Assembly (NCBI GenBank): GCA_965116875.1
Contig: OZ220733.1
Coordinates: forward strand, 2,304,001-2,368,000
Length of the DNA stretch: 64,000 nucleotides
Reading direction: 5' to 3'
DNA from: Candidatus Latescibacterota bacterium
GTDB taxonomy: Bacteria > Latescibacterota > UBA2968 > GCA-2709665
Below, in pieces: positions 8,943 to 17,009 of this stretch; the stretch's first letter is position 1; each line of letters begins with the position of its first letter. A program made the position numbers and the translations under genes. The notes beneath the pieces were generated by a model, which saw only the letters and a program-made list of their open reading frames with translations, had not been told where the DNA came from and ran no database searches.

Positions 8943-9500
8943 ATGAAATCAACGTTCCTCATATTGACCGCGTGTCTTATGTCTCAGATCCTTTCGCCAT
9001 GTCACCCGTACGCCTCAGGTCGGCCGCAAGCCCGGAAGTCCGAACGGGTAGACAAAAGAATCGCCGCCTGGAGGCAGGCCATTCAAGGTGTATCGACAAA
9101 GGGCAAAAGAGTTCGTGTCAAAACACTTGCAGGGCCGATTGTTGGCTGGCTTGCGGAGGTGAATCAGGGAAGACTCGCAATTCTGACCAAACACGGTTTA
9201 AACCAGGTGCCGGTTTCTTCGATCAGAAAACTGGAAGTCAGCATTGAACGGCGCAGGAACACCATGGCCGGCATGCTGATCGGTGGGTTGCTGGCAATCG
9301 TGTTTCATCAAGGGCTGTACGTCCCCTGGGAATCGCAATACATCACCTATTTTTCTTTACCCATATTTGCCGCTTTCACTTGTTTCGGCGCTTCCAGAAT
9401 ATCGGACAAATGGGTGGAGATCCCCCCACGGCATCTCCACCTGGGGATAGCGCCAACGCGGCACAGCGGTCTGCGAGCGGCGCTCACGTTTGATTTCTAA
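8943..9500 (+). CDS. Short family A paralog (signal peptide plus C-terminal unit only)
   Basis: LEVSIERRRNTMAGMLIGG...KWVEIPPRHLHLGIAPTRHSGLRAALTFDF. Confidence 0.8.
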   Translation: MKSTFLILTACLMSQILSPCHPYASGRPQARKSERVDKRIAAWRQAIQGVSTKGKRVRVKTLAGPIVGWLAEVNQGRLAILTKHGLNQVPVSSIRKLEVSIERRRNTMAGMLIGGLLAIVFHQGLYVPWESQYITYFSLPIFAAFTCFGASRISDKWVEIPPRHLHLGIAPTRHSGLRAALTFDF

Positions 9501-9653
9501 GTGCCCTCCGTCGCTTTCCCGGGCGTTGGTGAAAATTACGGTGTACGCAAATGTAGAAGCGTTCTGCAACCGGCCGTGAAAGCGTTCCATTGCTCCTGGG
9601 CAACACCAGATCAACACTTGCAATCGCAATCTTGGAGCGGAAGAAATCGCCGT

Positions 9654-10082
9654 ATGAAGCGCTCTGTCAATATCATTTTGATCTTCACGGTTCTTGCCCA
9701 GACAGTCGGATGTGGCACACAGCGCCATTTTTTTCGCGTGAGCCAGTACCCGGCCCATAGCGAGCAGGCTAGGATCAGACTGGAAATTCAGCGGAAGTTC
9801 AGAGAGTGGTCGGATGTTACAATAGTTGTCCGGGAGAGCGCCCGGAATCGCTTCAAGGAAAAGGTAATTGAATGTACAATCGAAAAAATCGGTACGGAGA
9901 TGCTGACCGTGATTCCCAGGAAGGAGTACTTCGGTGGTGAATCCAGGCGTCTGGCCGTACGTTATTCCGACATCGCAGGTATCGAATACCGCAGTACGGA
10001 CCCCTTGCTTGTCGCCGGGTGTGTCCTGACATCGTGGGTCATACTCCTGATTTACGGTGTCTCGCAAATTGAACTGGACTGA
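9654..10082 (+). CDS. Small lipoprotein, paralog family B
   Basis: MKRSVNIILIFTVLAQTVG-C lipobox-like; VIECTIEKIG..LTVIP..VRYSDIAGIEYR followed by a C-terminal TM helix. Confidence 0.8.
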   Translation: MKRSVNIILIFTVLAQTVGCGTQRHFFRVSQYPAHSEQARIRLEIQRKFREWSDVTIVVRESARNRFKEKVIECTIEKIGTEMLTVIPRKEYFGGESRRLAVRYSDIAGIEYRSTDPLLVAGCVLTSWVILLIYGVSQIELD

Positions 10083-10149
10083 CCGGATTAATACAGATAG
10101 TCGCCGGACCACGGAGTGCACGAATGAAACCAAAAGGCGGGAGGTATAC

Positions 10150-11409
10150 ATGAAACAGGTCGCATCAGTTCTGATCACAGTCGTTGTACTGGGTGCTTTC
10201 TGGGCCGGTCATTCGATTGCCGCACAACAGGATGCAGGGCTCGAGGTCGAAGGCAACGCATCAGCCGACACGCCCCGTACGGCAACCGCCGCTGAAGACG
10301 GTACAGACGAAGAGCAAACACCAAAGGAGACCGGTGCCGAGCAAGTATCCGAACAGTGGTCACGTGACATGGGCGTTTTGGTAATGTCGCGTGCGGACCT
10401 GGACGCCTCGAAGATTGTCAAGGGGTGGCACGCGCACGTCGTCTACGCATTGGAGGGCAGCCGCGAAACCGCGAACGGGCAGATTATCGGAAGAGACGCG
10501 GATGGCATCGTCGTCAGATCCGGACCGTGGGAATGGCCGAAAATCGCCTATGCGGTGATCGAGACACTCGCCGTCGCGCCGGACCGGCGGACCCTTGAGA
10601 GATGGCGAAAGGGCCGGGAAGCCGCAGATTACGTGACGGTCATGTATCGGAACGACCTCGATCCGTCGCAAATTGCGACAGGCTGGTATGCTCATGTGGT
10701 TTACACGGCGGATGGAAAGGAAAGCGCGGCGACCGGAGAGATTGCGGCGGTGGACTCCAATGGTGTCACAATCGAAACCGCGCCTCCCGTCAGGCGGCGG
10801 GGCTTCGCAAGACGAAGAAGCCTGCAGATTGCGTTCGAGGATATCATCGTGGTCGCCATTGCTGAAAAACGCGAAGCATTGGACGCGTGGCCGAAAACCG
10901 GCCTGGCCACCGGACTCGAAAACCGGAAGAGACCCTGGTGCGAAATCGGCGCGAACCTGCTTTCGGTCTTAATCCTGAAGGGCCAATCCGATGATACCGT
11001 GACGTTGGTCAACGGTGGGGGCGGAATGGCACGACTCATGCCGACCTTTTATATGTCCTCCTTCTTAACTGAGAGAATCTCCTTCGATTTTGGAATGTCC
11101 ATCACGTACCAGGCGACAACGGGCAGTCGCAATACAACCTTGCGGGTCGCACAGGGCGGTTTTGGTTTCTTCTCAAGGGGGTCGGCTTCGGAGTCACCGT
11201 ATTGCAGGATCCTGGCCACGACTCTTGACGGGGATTTTTTCGACTCCCGATTCGGGGGCGGGATCAGCCTGGGCACTCGCCACGTCTTCCGTAACGGCAT
11301 CGCTCTAAGGTACGAGGTGCAATACGTTCGATGGTTGGGGGAAGAATACGAACAGGCAAACCAGATCGGACTCCTCCTGAACGTTGGCGCGGTACTCGGC
11401 GGCAGATAG
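10150..11409 (+). CDS. Secreted family A protein (2 modules) fused to a probable small outer-membrane beta-barrel
   Basis: GGAGG RBS; modules KGWHAHVVY and TGWYAHVVY; C-terminal alternating strands (ISFDFGMSITY, FGGGISLGTR, IALRYEVQY, IGLLLNVGAVL). Confidence 0.75.
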   Translation: MKQVASVLITVVVLGAFWAGHSIAAQQDAGLEVEGNASADTPRTATAAEDGTDEEQTPKETGAEQVSEQWSRDMGVLVMSRADLDASKIVKGWHAHVVYALEGSRETANGQIIGRDADGIVVRSGPWEWPKIAYAVIETLAVAPDRRTLERWRKGREAADYVTVMYRNDLDPSQIATGWYAHVVYTADGKESAATGEIAAVDSNGVTIETAPPVRRRGFARRRSLQIAFEDIIVVAIAEKREALDAWPKTGLATGLENRKRPWCEIGANLLSVLILKGQSDDTVTLVNGGGGMARLMPTFYMSSFLTERISFDFGMSITYQATTGSRNTTLRVAQGGFGFFSRGSASESPYCRILATTLDGDFFDSRFGGGISLGTRHVFRNGIALRYEVQYVRWLGEEYEQANQIGLLLNVGAVLGGR

Positions 11410-11621
11410 CCGCCTCTGCGAGAGAGGGTCCCGGCGGACACAACATCTCGAATCGTTCCCGGGCTCCAGTGGCTTCGACCCATCGCTCACGAAAACGCAG
11501 CCGAAATCCGGAATCACGCACTGCAGCCCTGTTCCGGCGCTCACCATCAGTTCCTGTCCGGATGTGGCTCGAAAATTATACAGGTTCGACACCGCAATCG
11601 ATCCCATAGAGTGAGCAAAAA

Positions 11622-12656
11622 ATGAGACGCATTATTCTGGCAATACTCTGCGCGCTGTGCGCCTGTCCGCTGCCACGTCCAGGATACGCCCAGGAGACGC
11701 CAGACCCATTCACGGGATTCAACTTCATGTGGCAGCCTTTCAGCGCCCGCGACGAAGCGCTTGGCGCCACCGGGGTGGGTACCGTCGGAACCGCTATGGC
11801 CCTTATGTACAATCCGGCCGGGATCGCCTTCGTAGAGGGATTGGATGTGGGTTTCACGTTGGCGAACACAAACAGGAAACGCAACGACGTCTGGATCTCA
11901 GAGGAGCGAAGATCCGCGAACCTCGATTTTGATGAAAAGAACTACGTCGTCGGGTTTGCCGTGAATGCGGGGAAGAAATGGTCGCTCGGTCTTTCGGTGC
12001 AGACGTACGATCACGGTTTCGATGATGAAGACACAAGCCAGTATGCCGCATCCGGTGCCTGCGGCTGGAGGATTGCCGATCAGTTCGCGATTGGATCCGC
12101 CCTCAAGCTCATCCACGAGGCATTCACTGGCAGGAATGAAAACGTGTATGCGTTCGACCTGGGCGCGTATTACGTGTCGAAGTCCGGCAGTACAGTCATC
12201 GCGCTGGGCGCGCGGAATTTGACCGGCGGTTTCCTTGGCGAGCCGGCGGATTACCTCGTGCCAAAGCGTATCCGCGCCGGGGTACTCATCGACCTGGTTT
12301 CTGCCGTCGGTCTGGAGCCGTTTCCGCATTACCTGGATTTCGCGGCGGACCTATACAAACCGATCCGTTCGTTCGGACATACCGCGCTGCGCGTTGGAAT
12401 CGAATATACGTATCTGATGCGACGAGCGGAGGGCTATACACTCGGCATATCACTACGGGGAGGACACGCATCGCCGAATCCCATCGGATGGGGTTGCGGC
12501 CTGGAGTTCAGGTCTGCCGGCGGCCGGCGAATCGCCGTGGATTACGCCCGAAGAGGTCTGGGAGTTGGGGGCGATGAGGCCTTCATGCGCGCAATCATCA
12601 ATCAGGCGATCAAGGACGACGTCACGCAGTTGATAAGCATTTCGATTGATATGTAA
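11622..12656 (+). CDS. PorV/PorQ (FadL-like) outer-membrane beta-barrel protein
   Basis: Signal peptide; SARDEALG...ALMYNPAGIA motif, IGSALKLI, AFDLGAYY and LRVGIEY are typical of the PorV family. Confidence 0.75.
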   Translation: MRRIILAILCALCACPLPRPGYAQETPDPFTGFNFMWQPFSARDEALGATGVGTVGTAMALMYNPAGIAFVEGLDVGFTLANTNRKRNDVWISEERRSANLDFDEKNYVVGFAVNAGKKWSLGLSVQTYDHGFDDEDTSQYAASGACGWRIADQFAIGSALKLIHEAFTGRNENVYAFDLGAYYVSKSGSTVIALGARNLTGGFLGEPADYLVPKRIRAGVLIDLVSAVGLEPFPHYLDFAADLYKPIRSFGHTALRVGIEYTYLMRRAEGYTLGISLRGGHASPNPIGWGCGLEFRSAGGRRIAVDYARRGLGVGGDEAFMRAIINQAIKDDVTQLISISIDM

Positions 12657-12679
12657 AGGGATATGGCGCGATTTTGAGG

Positions 12680-12846
12680 CAGGTCATCCCGTTCAATTTG
12701 GACGGGCAAACCCGATGTCCGATTCGGAAATCGAGTTCTTCACAGCAGGCGGCAGAGGACTCGCTCTGGATTACGCCAACAGGCGTTTCAGCTGGTCCAT
12801 AGGAGACGAACGGATACACGTATTCAGCGTCGCATTGAATCTTTGA
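12680..12846 (+). pseudogene. Orphan C-terminal fragment of a PorV-like paralog
   Basis: EIEFFTAGGRGLALDYANRRFSWSIGDERIHVFSVALNL* aligns with GLEFRSAGGRRIAVDYARRG...TQLISISIDM of the preceding gene. Confidence 0.65.
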
Positions 12847-12954
12847 GTGGACGGCTGGCAACCCCGTTGCATTGTGAGCCGCACAACACGCACAGAAGTC
12901 CGATTCGATGATCGATCGAGTTGTCATACTTCCACAGATTGGGGAGACTGAAGA

Positions 12955-13395
12955 GTGATACGCGGCATCAATATCGTCCTGATCGCAGCGATTCTGTCAC
13001 ATACGGTCGGTTGCAGTACTTGGAAACCTCTGGCTCGCACGAACGAGGCCTCCGAGGATGACAGACAGACCTATATGCGTGAGCAAGTGAAGGAGAGACT
13101 CAAGGAGGGTATGACTGTAAGAATAACAATCCGCGAGGGTACGCCTGCGCCAATCAGAGGGCAAGTAATCGAGTGCATAATCGAAGAGATAGGACAGGAG
13201 TCGCTGACCTTGATCCCCTTAACGGACCATATCCGCGGTACGGTCAAGAGAGAGTTCGCGTTGCGTTTTGCTGACATTGTGGACATCGAAAATCGTGAAT
13301 TCAATCATGGTCTAACTAACGCAACTATAGGCATGGCGGCTGGAGCTATGTTGGGCTTGGTGTTGTTTGCAATCGGACTCTCAGGGTTAGAGTAA
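12955..13395 (+). CDS. Small lipoprotein, family B
   Basis: MIRGINIVLIAAILSHTVG-CSTWKPLA; LKEGM.VRI.IREG.PAPI.GQVIEC.IE; C-terminal TM helix. Confidence 0.85.
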   Translation: MIRGINIVLIAAILSHTVGCSTWKPLARTNEASEDDRQTYMREQVKERLKEGMTVRITIREGTPAPIRGQVIECIIEEIGQESLTLIPLTDHIRGTVKREFALRFADIVDIENREFNHGLTNATIGMAAGAMLGLVLFAIGLSGLE

Positions 13396-13565
13396 TACTT
13401 ACGCGACGCCTACGCAGAAACTCCTCAAAAGCATGAATGGCGACACACCCCATTCGCGATCATCTTTCAGTCGTGCGTCCGTCATTTCCTGACAGTCGCG
13501 AAGAATTGCTTCCCCATGGCTTGGAACAGTGCCGTCACTCTGTCGAAATGTGAGGAGGCTTTAGG

Positions 13566-13988
13566 ATGATACGCGCCATCAGTATCGTCCTGACCGTAGC
13601 GATTGCGATGCAAACGGTCGGATGCAGTACATGGCAACCTCTGGCCCGCGTGAACGAAATCTCCGTGGAAAAGAGACAGTCTTCCATGCGAGAGCAAGTC
13701 CTGGAGAAACTCAAGGAAGGCATGCGTGTAAGGCTAAGAATTCGGCCCGGAACCCGTGCGCCGATCACGGGTCGAGTATTCGAGTGTGTGATTGAAAGGA
13801 TCGGGCACACGTCGCTGACCGTAATCCCTTACACGTCGTTTGGCTGGGGTGTTGAGATAACGCTGCGTTATGCTGACATTGTCAATATCGAATATCGTTC
13901 CGGTCGTGATTCAACTGGTCTTGTGGGCGGCGGCATAGTGGGTCTGTTGTTGAGTTATTTCCTTATTTTTCTGGTATATCGGGGCTGA
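13566..13988 (+). CDS. Small lipoprotein, family B
   Basis: MIRAISIVLTVAIAMQTVG-CSTWQPLA; GAGGAGG RBS. Confidence 0.85.
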   Translation: MIRAISIVLTVAIAMQTVGCSTWQPLARVNEISVEKRQSSMREQVLEKLKEGMRVRLRIRPGTRAPITGRVFECVIERIGHTSLTVIPYTSFGWGVEITLRYADIVNIEYRSGRDSTGLVGGGIVGLLLSYFLIFLVYRG

Positions 13989-14163
13989 ATTCGACCAACT
14001 GTACTTCTGCCCTGTACACCTGAAGTGTCGCACTTTTCGCGCCATGCGACCGCGACCGTCTCTCGAACTTCAACCCCGTGCCCAAAACTCGGCGCGAACG
14101 CGAACCGTTCTTTGGGATTGGGTCATTGTCGCCACTGAGTTGTAATGGTAAGGGGGCTTCGAA

Positions 14164-14613
14164 ATGATACGCGCCATCAGTATCATCCTGATCGTAGCGA
14201 TTGCGCTGCAGACGGTTGGCTGCAGTACCTGGAAACCCCTGGCTCGGGTGGACGCGGTCCCTGAGGATGACAGGCAATCTTCGATGCGAAAGCAGATTCT
14301 GGGGCGACTTACGGTGGGTATGCGTGCGAGGATAACGGTTCGCGAGGGTGCCCCTGCGCCGATCATTGGTCGAGTTATCGAATGCGTCATCGGAAAAGTC
14401 GGTCCAACGTCGCTGACGGTAGCCGCTTCGGCGCGATTCGTGTTTCCCGATAACTCGAGCCGGAGGGTAACGTTGCGTTATTCAGACATCGAGAGTGTCG
14501 AATACCAGGAATCGAATCGTGGATTTGGCGTTTTCGCGGCAGGCGTTGCAATCGGAACGTTAGCAGGCTTCTACCTCTTGATTCGTGCCATTGCCGGAAT
14601 TACGTTGGACTGA
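14164..14613 (+). CDS. Small lipoprotein, family B
   Basis: MIRAISIILIVAIALQTVG-CSTWKPLA. Confidence 0.85.
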   Translation: MIRAISIILIVAIALQTVGCSTWKPLARVDAVPEDDRQSSMRKQILGRLTVGMRARITVREGAPAPIIGRVIECVIGKVGPTSLTVAASARFVFPDNSSRRVTLRYSDIESVEYQESNRGFGVFAAGVAIGTLAGFYLLIRAIAGITLD

Positions 14614-14698
14614 CACGACAGCTGCGACGGAATTTTCGAAGCGCAGGTCCGACGGCGCCCAATGGCGTCTCTTTGTCTCGCTTTGAGGAGGCTGCAAA

Positions 14699-15139
14699 AT
14701 GATACGCTCGATCAATATCATCCTGATCGCGGCGATGGTGTTACAGACAGTCGGATGCAGCGCGTGGAAACCCCTGGCTCAGGTCAACCCGAACCCGGCC
14801 GACAACAGGCGAACTTCCATGCGAGAGGAAGTCTTGGGGAAACTCAAGGAAGGAATGGTTGTAAGGATAAGGATCCGCGAGGGCAGCCCTGCGCCGATTG
14901 AGGGTCAGGTTATCGAGTGTGTCATCGAAAAGGTCAGTCTGACATCGCTCACATTAACCCCCTTCGAGGGATATGCCCGCAGTAATGACGGAAATGAGTT
15001 TATGCTGCAATATACCGACATCGTCAGCATTGAATACCGCCAGGTTGGTGATGCAACCGTTCTTGTGGGAGGCGTTGTCGTCGGAGCGATTTTGGGTTTC
15101 TTCGGTATTGCGATTATTGCGTTCAACGAGCAGAAGTAG
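14699..15139 (+). CDS. Small lipoprotein, family B
   Basis: MIRSINIILIAAMVLQTVG-CSAWKPLA; GAGGAGG RBS. Confidence 0.85.
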   Translation: MIRSINIILIAAMVLQTVGCSAWKPLAQVNPNPADNRRTSMREEVLGKLKEGMVVRIRIREGSPAPIEGQVIECVIEKVSLTSLTLTPFEGYARSNDGNEFMLQYTDIVSIEYRQVGDATVLVGGVVVGAILGFFGIAIIAFNEQK

Positions 15140-15540
15140 GAAGACTGCCGAACGCAATATCTGAAGTTCCGCCCTTTACGCGCAATGCGACCGCGACCGC
15201 CCCTCGGAATTCCTTCGCGGGTTGTCCTGTTGTCCATTTTCCGAACGATACCGAGGGCTTATCTCGGCGGGCCGCACCTGTCGACCGACACGATACCCCT
15301 TCCCTGACTCTCGCATTGATCCTTGGACGACCGGTGGAGGCCGTTTCGCTTTTGATTTGTCATCCGGCTGATTTCACCGTACCTTCACAGGCAATGATCG
15401 TAATCTAACCGACTTTTCACGAAACTGCCGGCGCACGTGTGATCGCGGAGACTCCCGTTTCCGGGATCAGGTGCGCAAAGTTACGTCCGGCTCGAACGCT
15501 GGAACCGGAGCGTCGTGGCGACAACAACCAGAAGGGGCTT

Positions 15541-16776
15541 ATGATGTATTGCAGATTTAATCTGTTTGCGGCGGCCATTGGCGTGCTCGCTTGCGCCGTT
15601 CCACGGCAGGTTGCGCAACCTCCGGCTCCCGAATCCAAACCGTCGATGATTCCCGACAAACAGTTGCGTGCGGTCTTGAGGGATAGCCTGAATAAGGCCG
15701 CTGGCGAGCCGATCACGGCCGCCGATCTGGCGGGACTGTCTCGTCTGACGGCACAGAATGACCGTATCGCGAGGGTCGACGGGCTTGAGCACGCAAAGAA
15801 CCTGGTATCGCTGAATCTTGACGGCAACGACATCACCGATCTTTCGCCCCTTTCGAGGCTGGCAAAGCTGAAAAGACTGCGACTGGATGGCAACCGCATC
15901 AGCGATATTACGCCACTATCCGGGATGAAAAACCTCGAAAGGCTGTATCTCGGCGACAACGGCATCGATGACGTGGCGCCGCTTGCCGGGCTGGCCAATC
16001 TGAAGCGGCTGCGTCTTGAAGGCAATGGCATCAGCGACGTCGCGCCGCTGACCGGGCTGAAGAATCTCAGAGAACTCGACCTTGACAACAACGGGATCAG
16101 CGAGTTGTCGCCCTTGTCCGGCCTCGTCAATCTGACCGGATTGCGCCTGGAGGGAAACGGAATCAGCGACCTCAAGCCGCTGGCCGGACTGAAGAACCTG
16201 AAGGAACTGGACCTTGACGGCAACGGGATCAGTAACGTCGCGCCATTGTCCGGACTGGCCAACCTGACGGGGCTCCGTCTCGACAGCAACGGAATCAGCG
16301 ACCTGAAGCCGCTGGCCGGGCTGAAGAATCTGAAAGACCTGGACCTCGACCGAAACGCCATCGTTAACCTGGCGCCGCTGTCCGGATTGACCGGTCTGAG
16401 GCGTCTGTATGCGGAAAGGAACGCAATCAGCAGTCTGACAGCGCTTTCCGGTCTGATTCATCTGGTGAGGCTGAATCTCGGGCACAACGGTATCACCGAC
16501 ATTTCGTCTCTCGCGGGCCTGGCCGAACTCGAACATCTGTACCTGGACAACAACGCCGTCAACGATATTCAGCCGTTAACGGGGAAGAATGCCCTGCAGA
16601 CCCTGGACCTCGCACACAACCGCGTAATGGACCTGTCGCACGTTGCCGGGCTCGTGAACCTGACCAGGCTGATTGTCCGAGGAAACCCTCTGTCAAAGCA
16701 ATCGATACAGAACCTGATCCCTGAATTCCGGAAAAGAGGGATGCGGGTGGCCTGGGAGAAGCCGAAAGCGGAATGA
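15541..16776 (+). CDS. Internalin-like leucine-rich-repeat protein, probable lipoprotein
   Basis: 22-aa repeats LxxLxLxxNxIxDLxPLxGLxN; IPDxxLRA cap; VLA-C lipobox-like. Start chosen at ATG 15541 after GAAGGGG. Confidence 0.9.
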   Translation: MMYCRFNLFAAAIGVLACAVPRQVAQPPAPESKPSMIPDKQLRAVLRDSLNKAAGEPITAADLAGLSRLTAQNDRIARVDGLEHAKNLVSLNLDGNDITDLSPLSRLAKLKRLRLDGNRISDITPLSGMKNLERLYLGDNGIDDVAPLAGLANLKRLRLEGNGISDVAPLTGLKNLRELDLDNNGISELSPLSGLVNLTGLRLEGNGISDLKPLAGLKNLKELDLDGNGISNVAPLSGLANLTGLRLDSNGISDLKPLAGLKNLKDLDLDRNAIVNLAPLSGLTGLRRLYAERNAISSLTALSGLIHLVRLNLGHNGITDISSLAGLAELEHLYLDNNAVNDIQPLTGKNALQTLDLAHNRVMDLSHVAGLVNLTRLIVRGNPLSKQSIQNLIPEFRKRGMRVAWEKPKAE

Positions 16777-17009
16777 CCTGCCGGAAGGACCCGCGGCGCT
16801 ACCTGGGACGGGACCCATGTGTTCAGGCAACAACCCGGATTCGGTAATTCAACAATAAATAATGTCAAGCGGAATGCCTCGCCCGTGTGGAACAGAAGCT
16901 CTCGGGTCGGATTTCAGTTAGCGACCGGTAAGGAAAGGCGCTGCCGGCAGCGAAACTTGATAAGTTTATGCGCTGCGCAAGACCCGGATTGGAATGGAAA
17001 GCGATTGAT

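Noticed and set aside
2265-15232. Integron cassette array
   Set aside because: No integrase in the window, and the intergenic repeats lack paired RYYYAAC/GTTRRRY attC ends as far as I can see.
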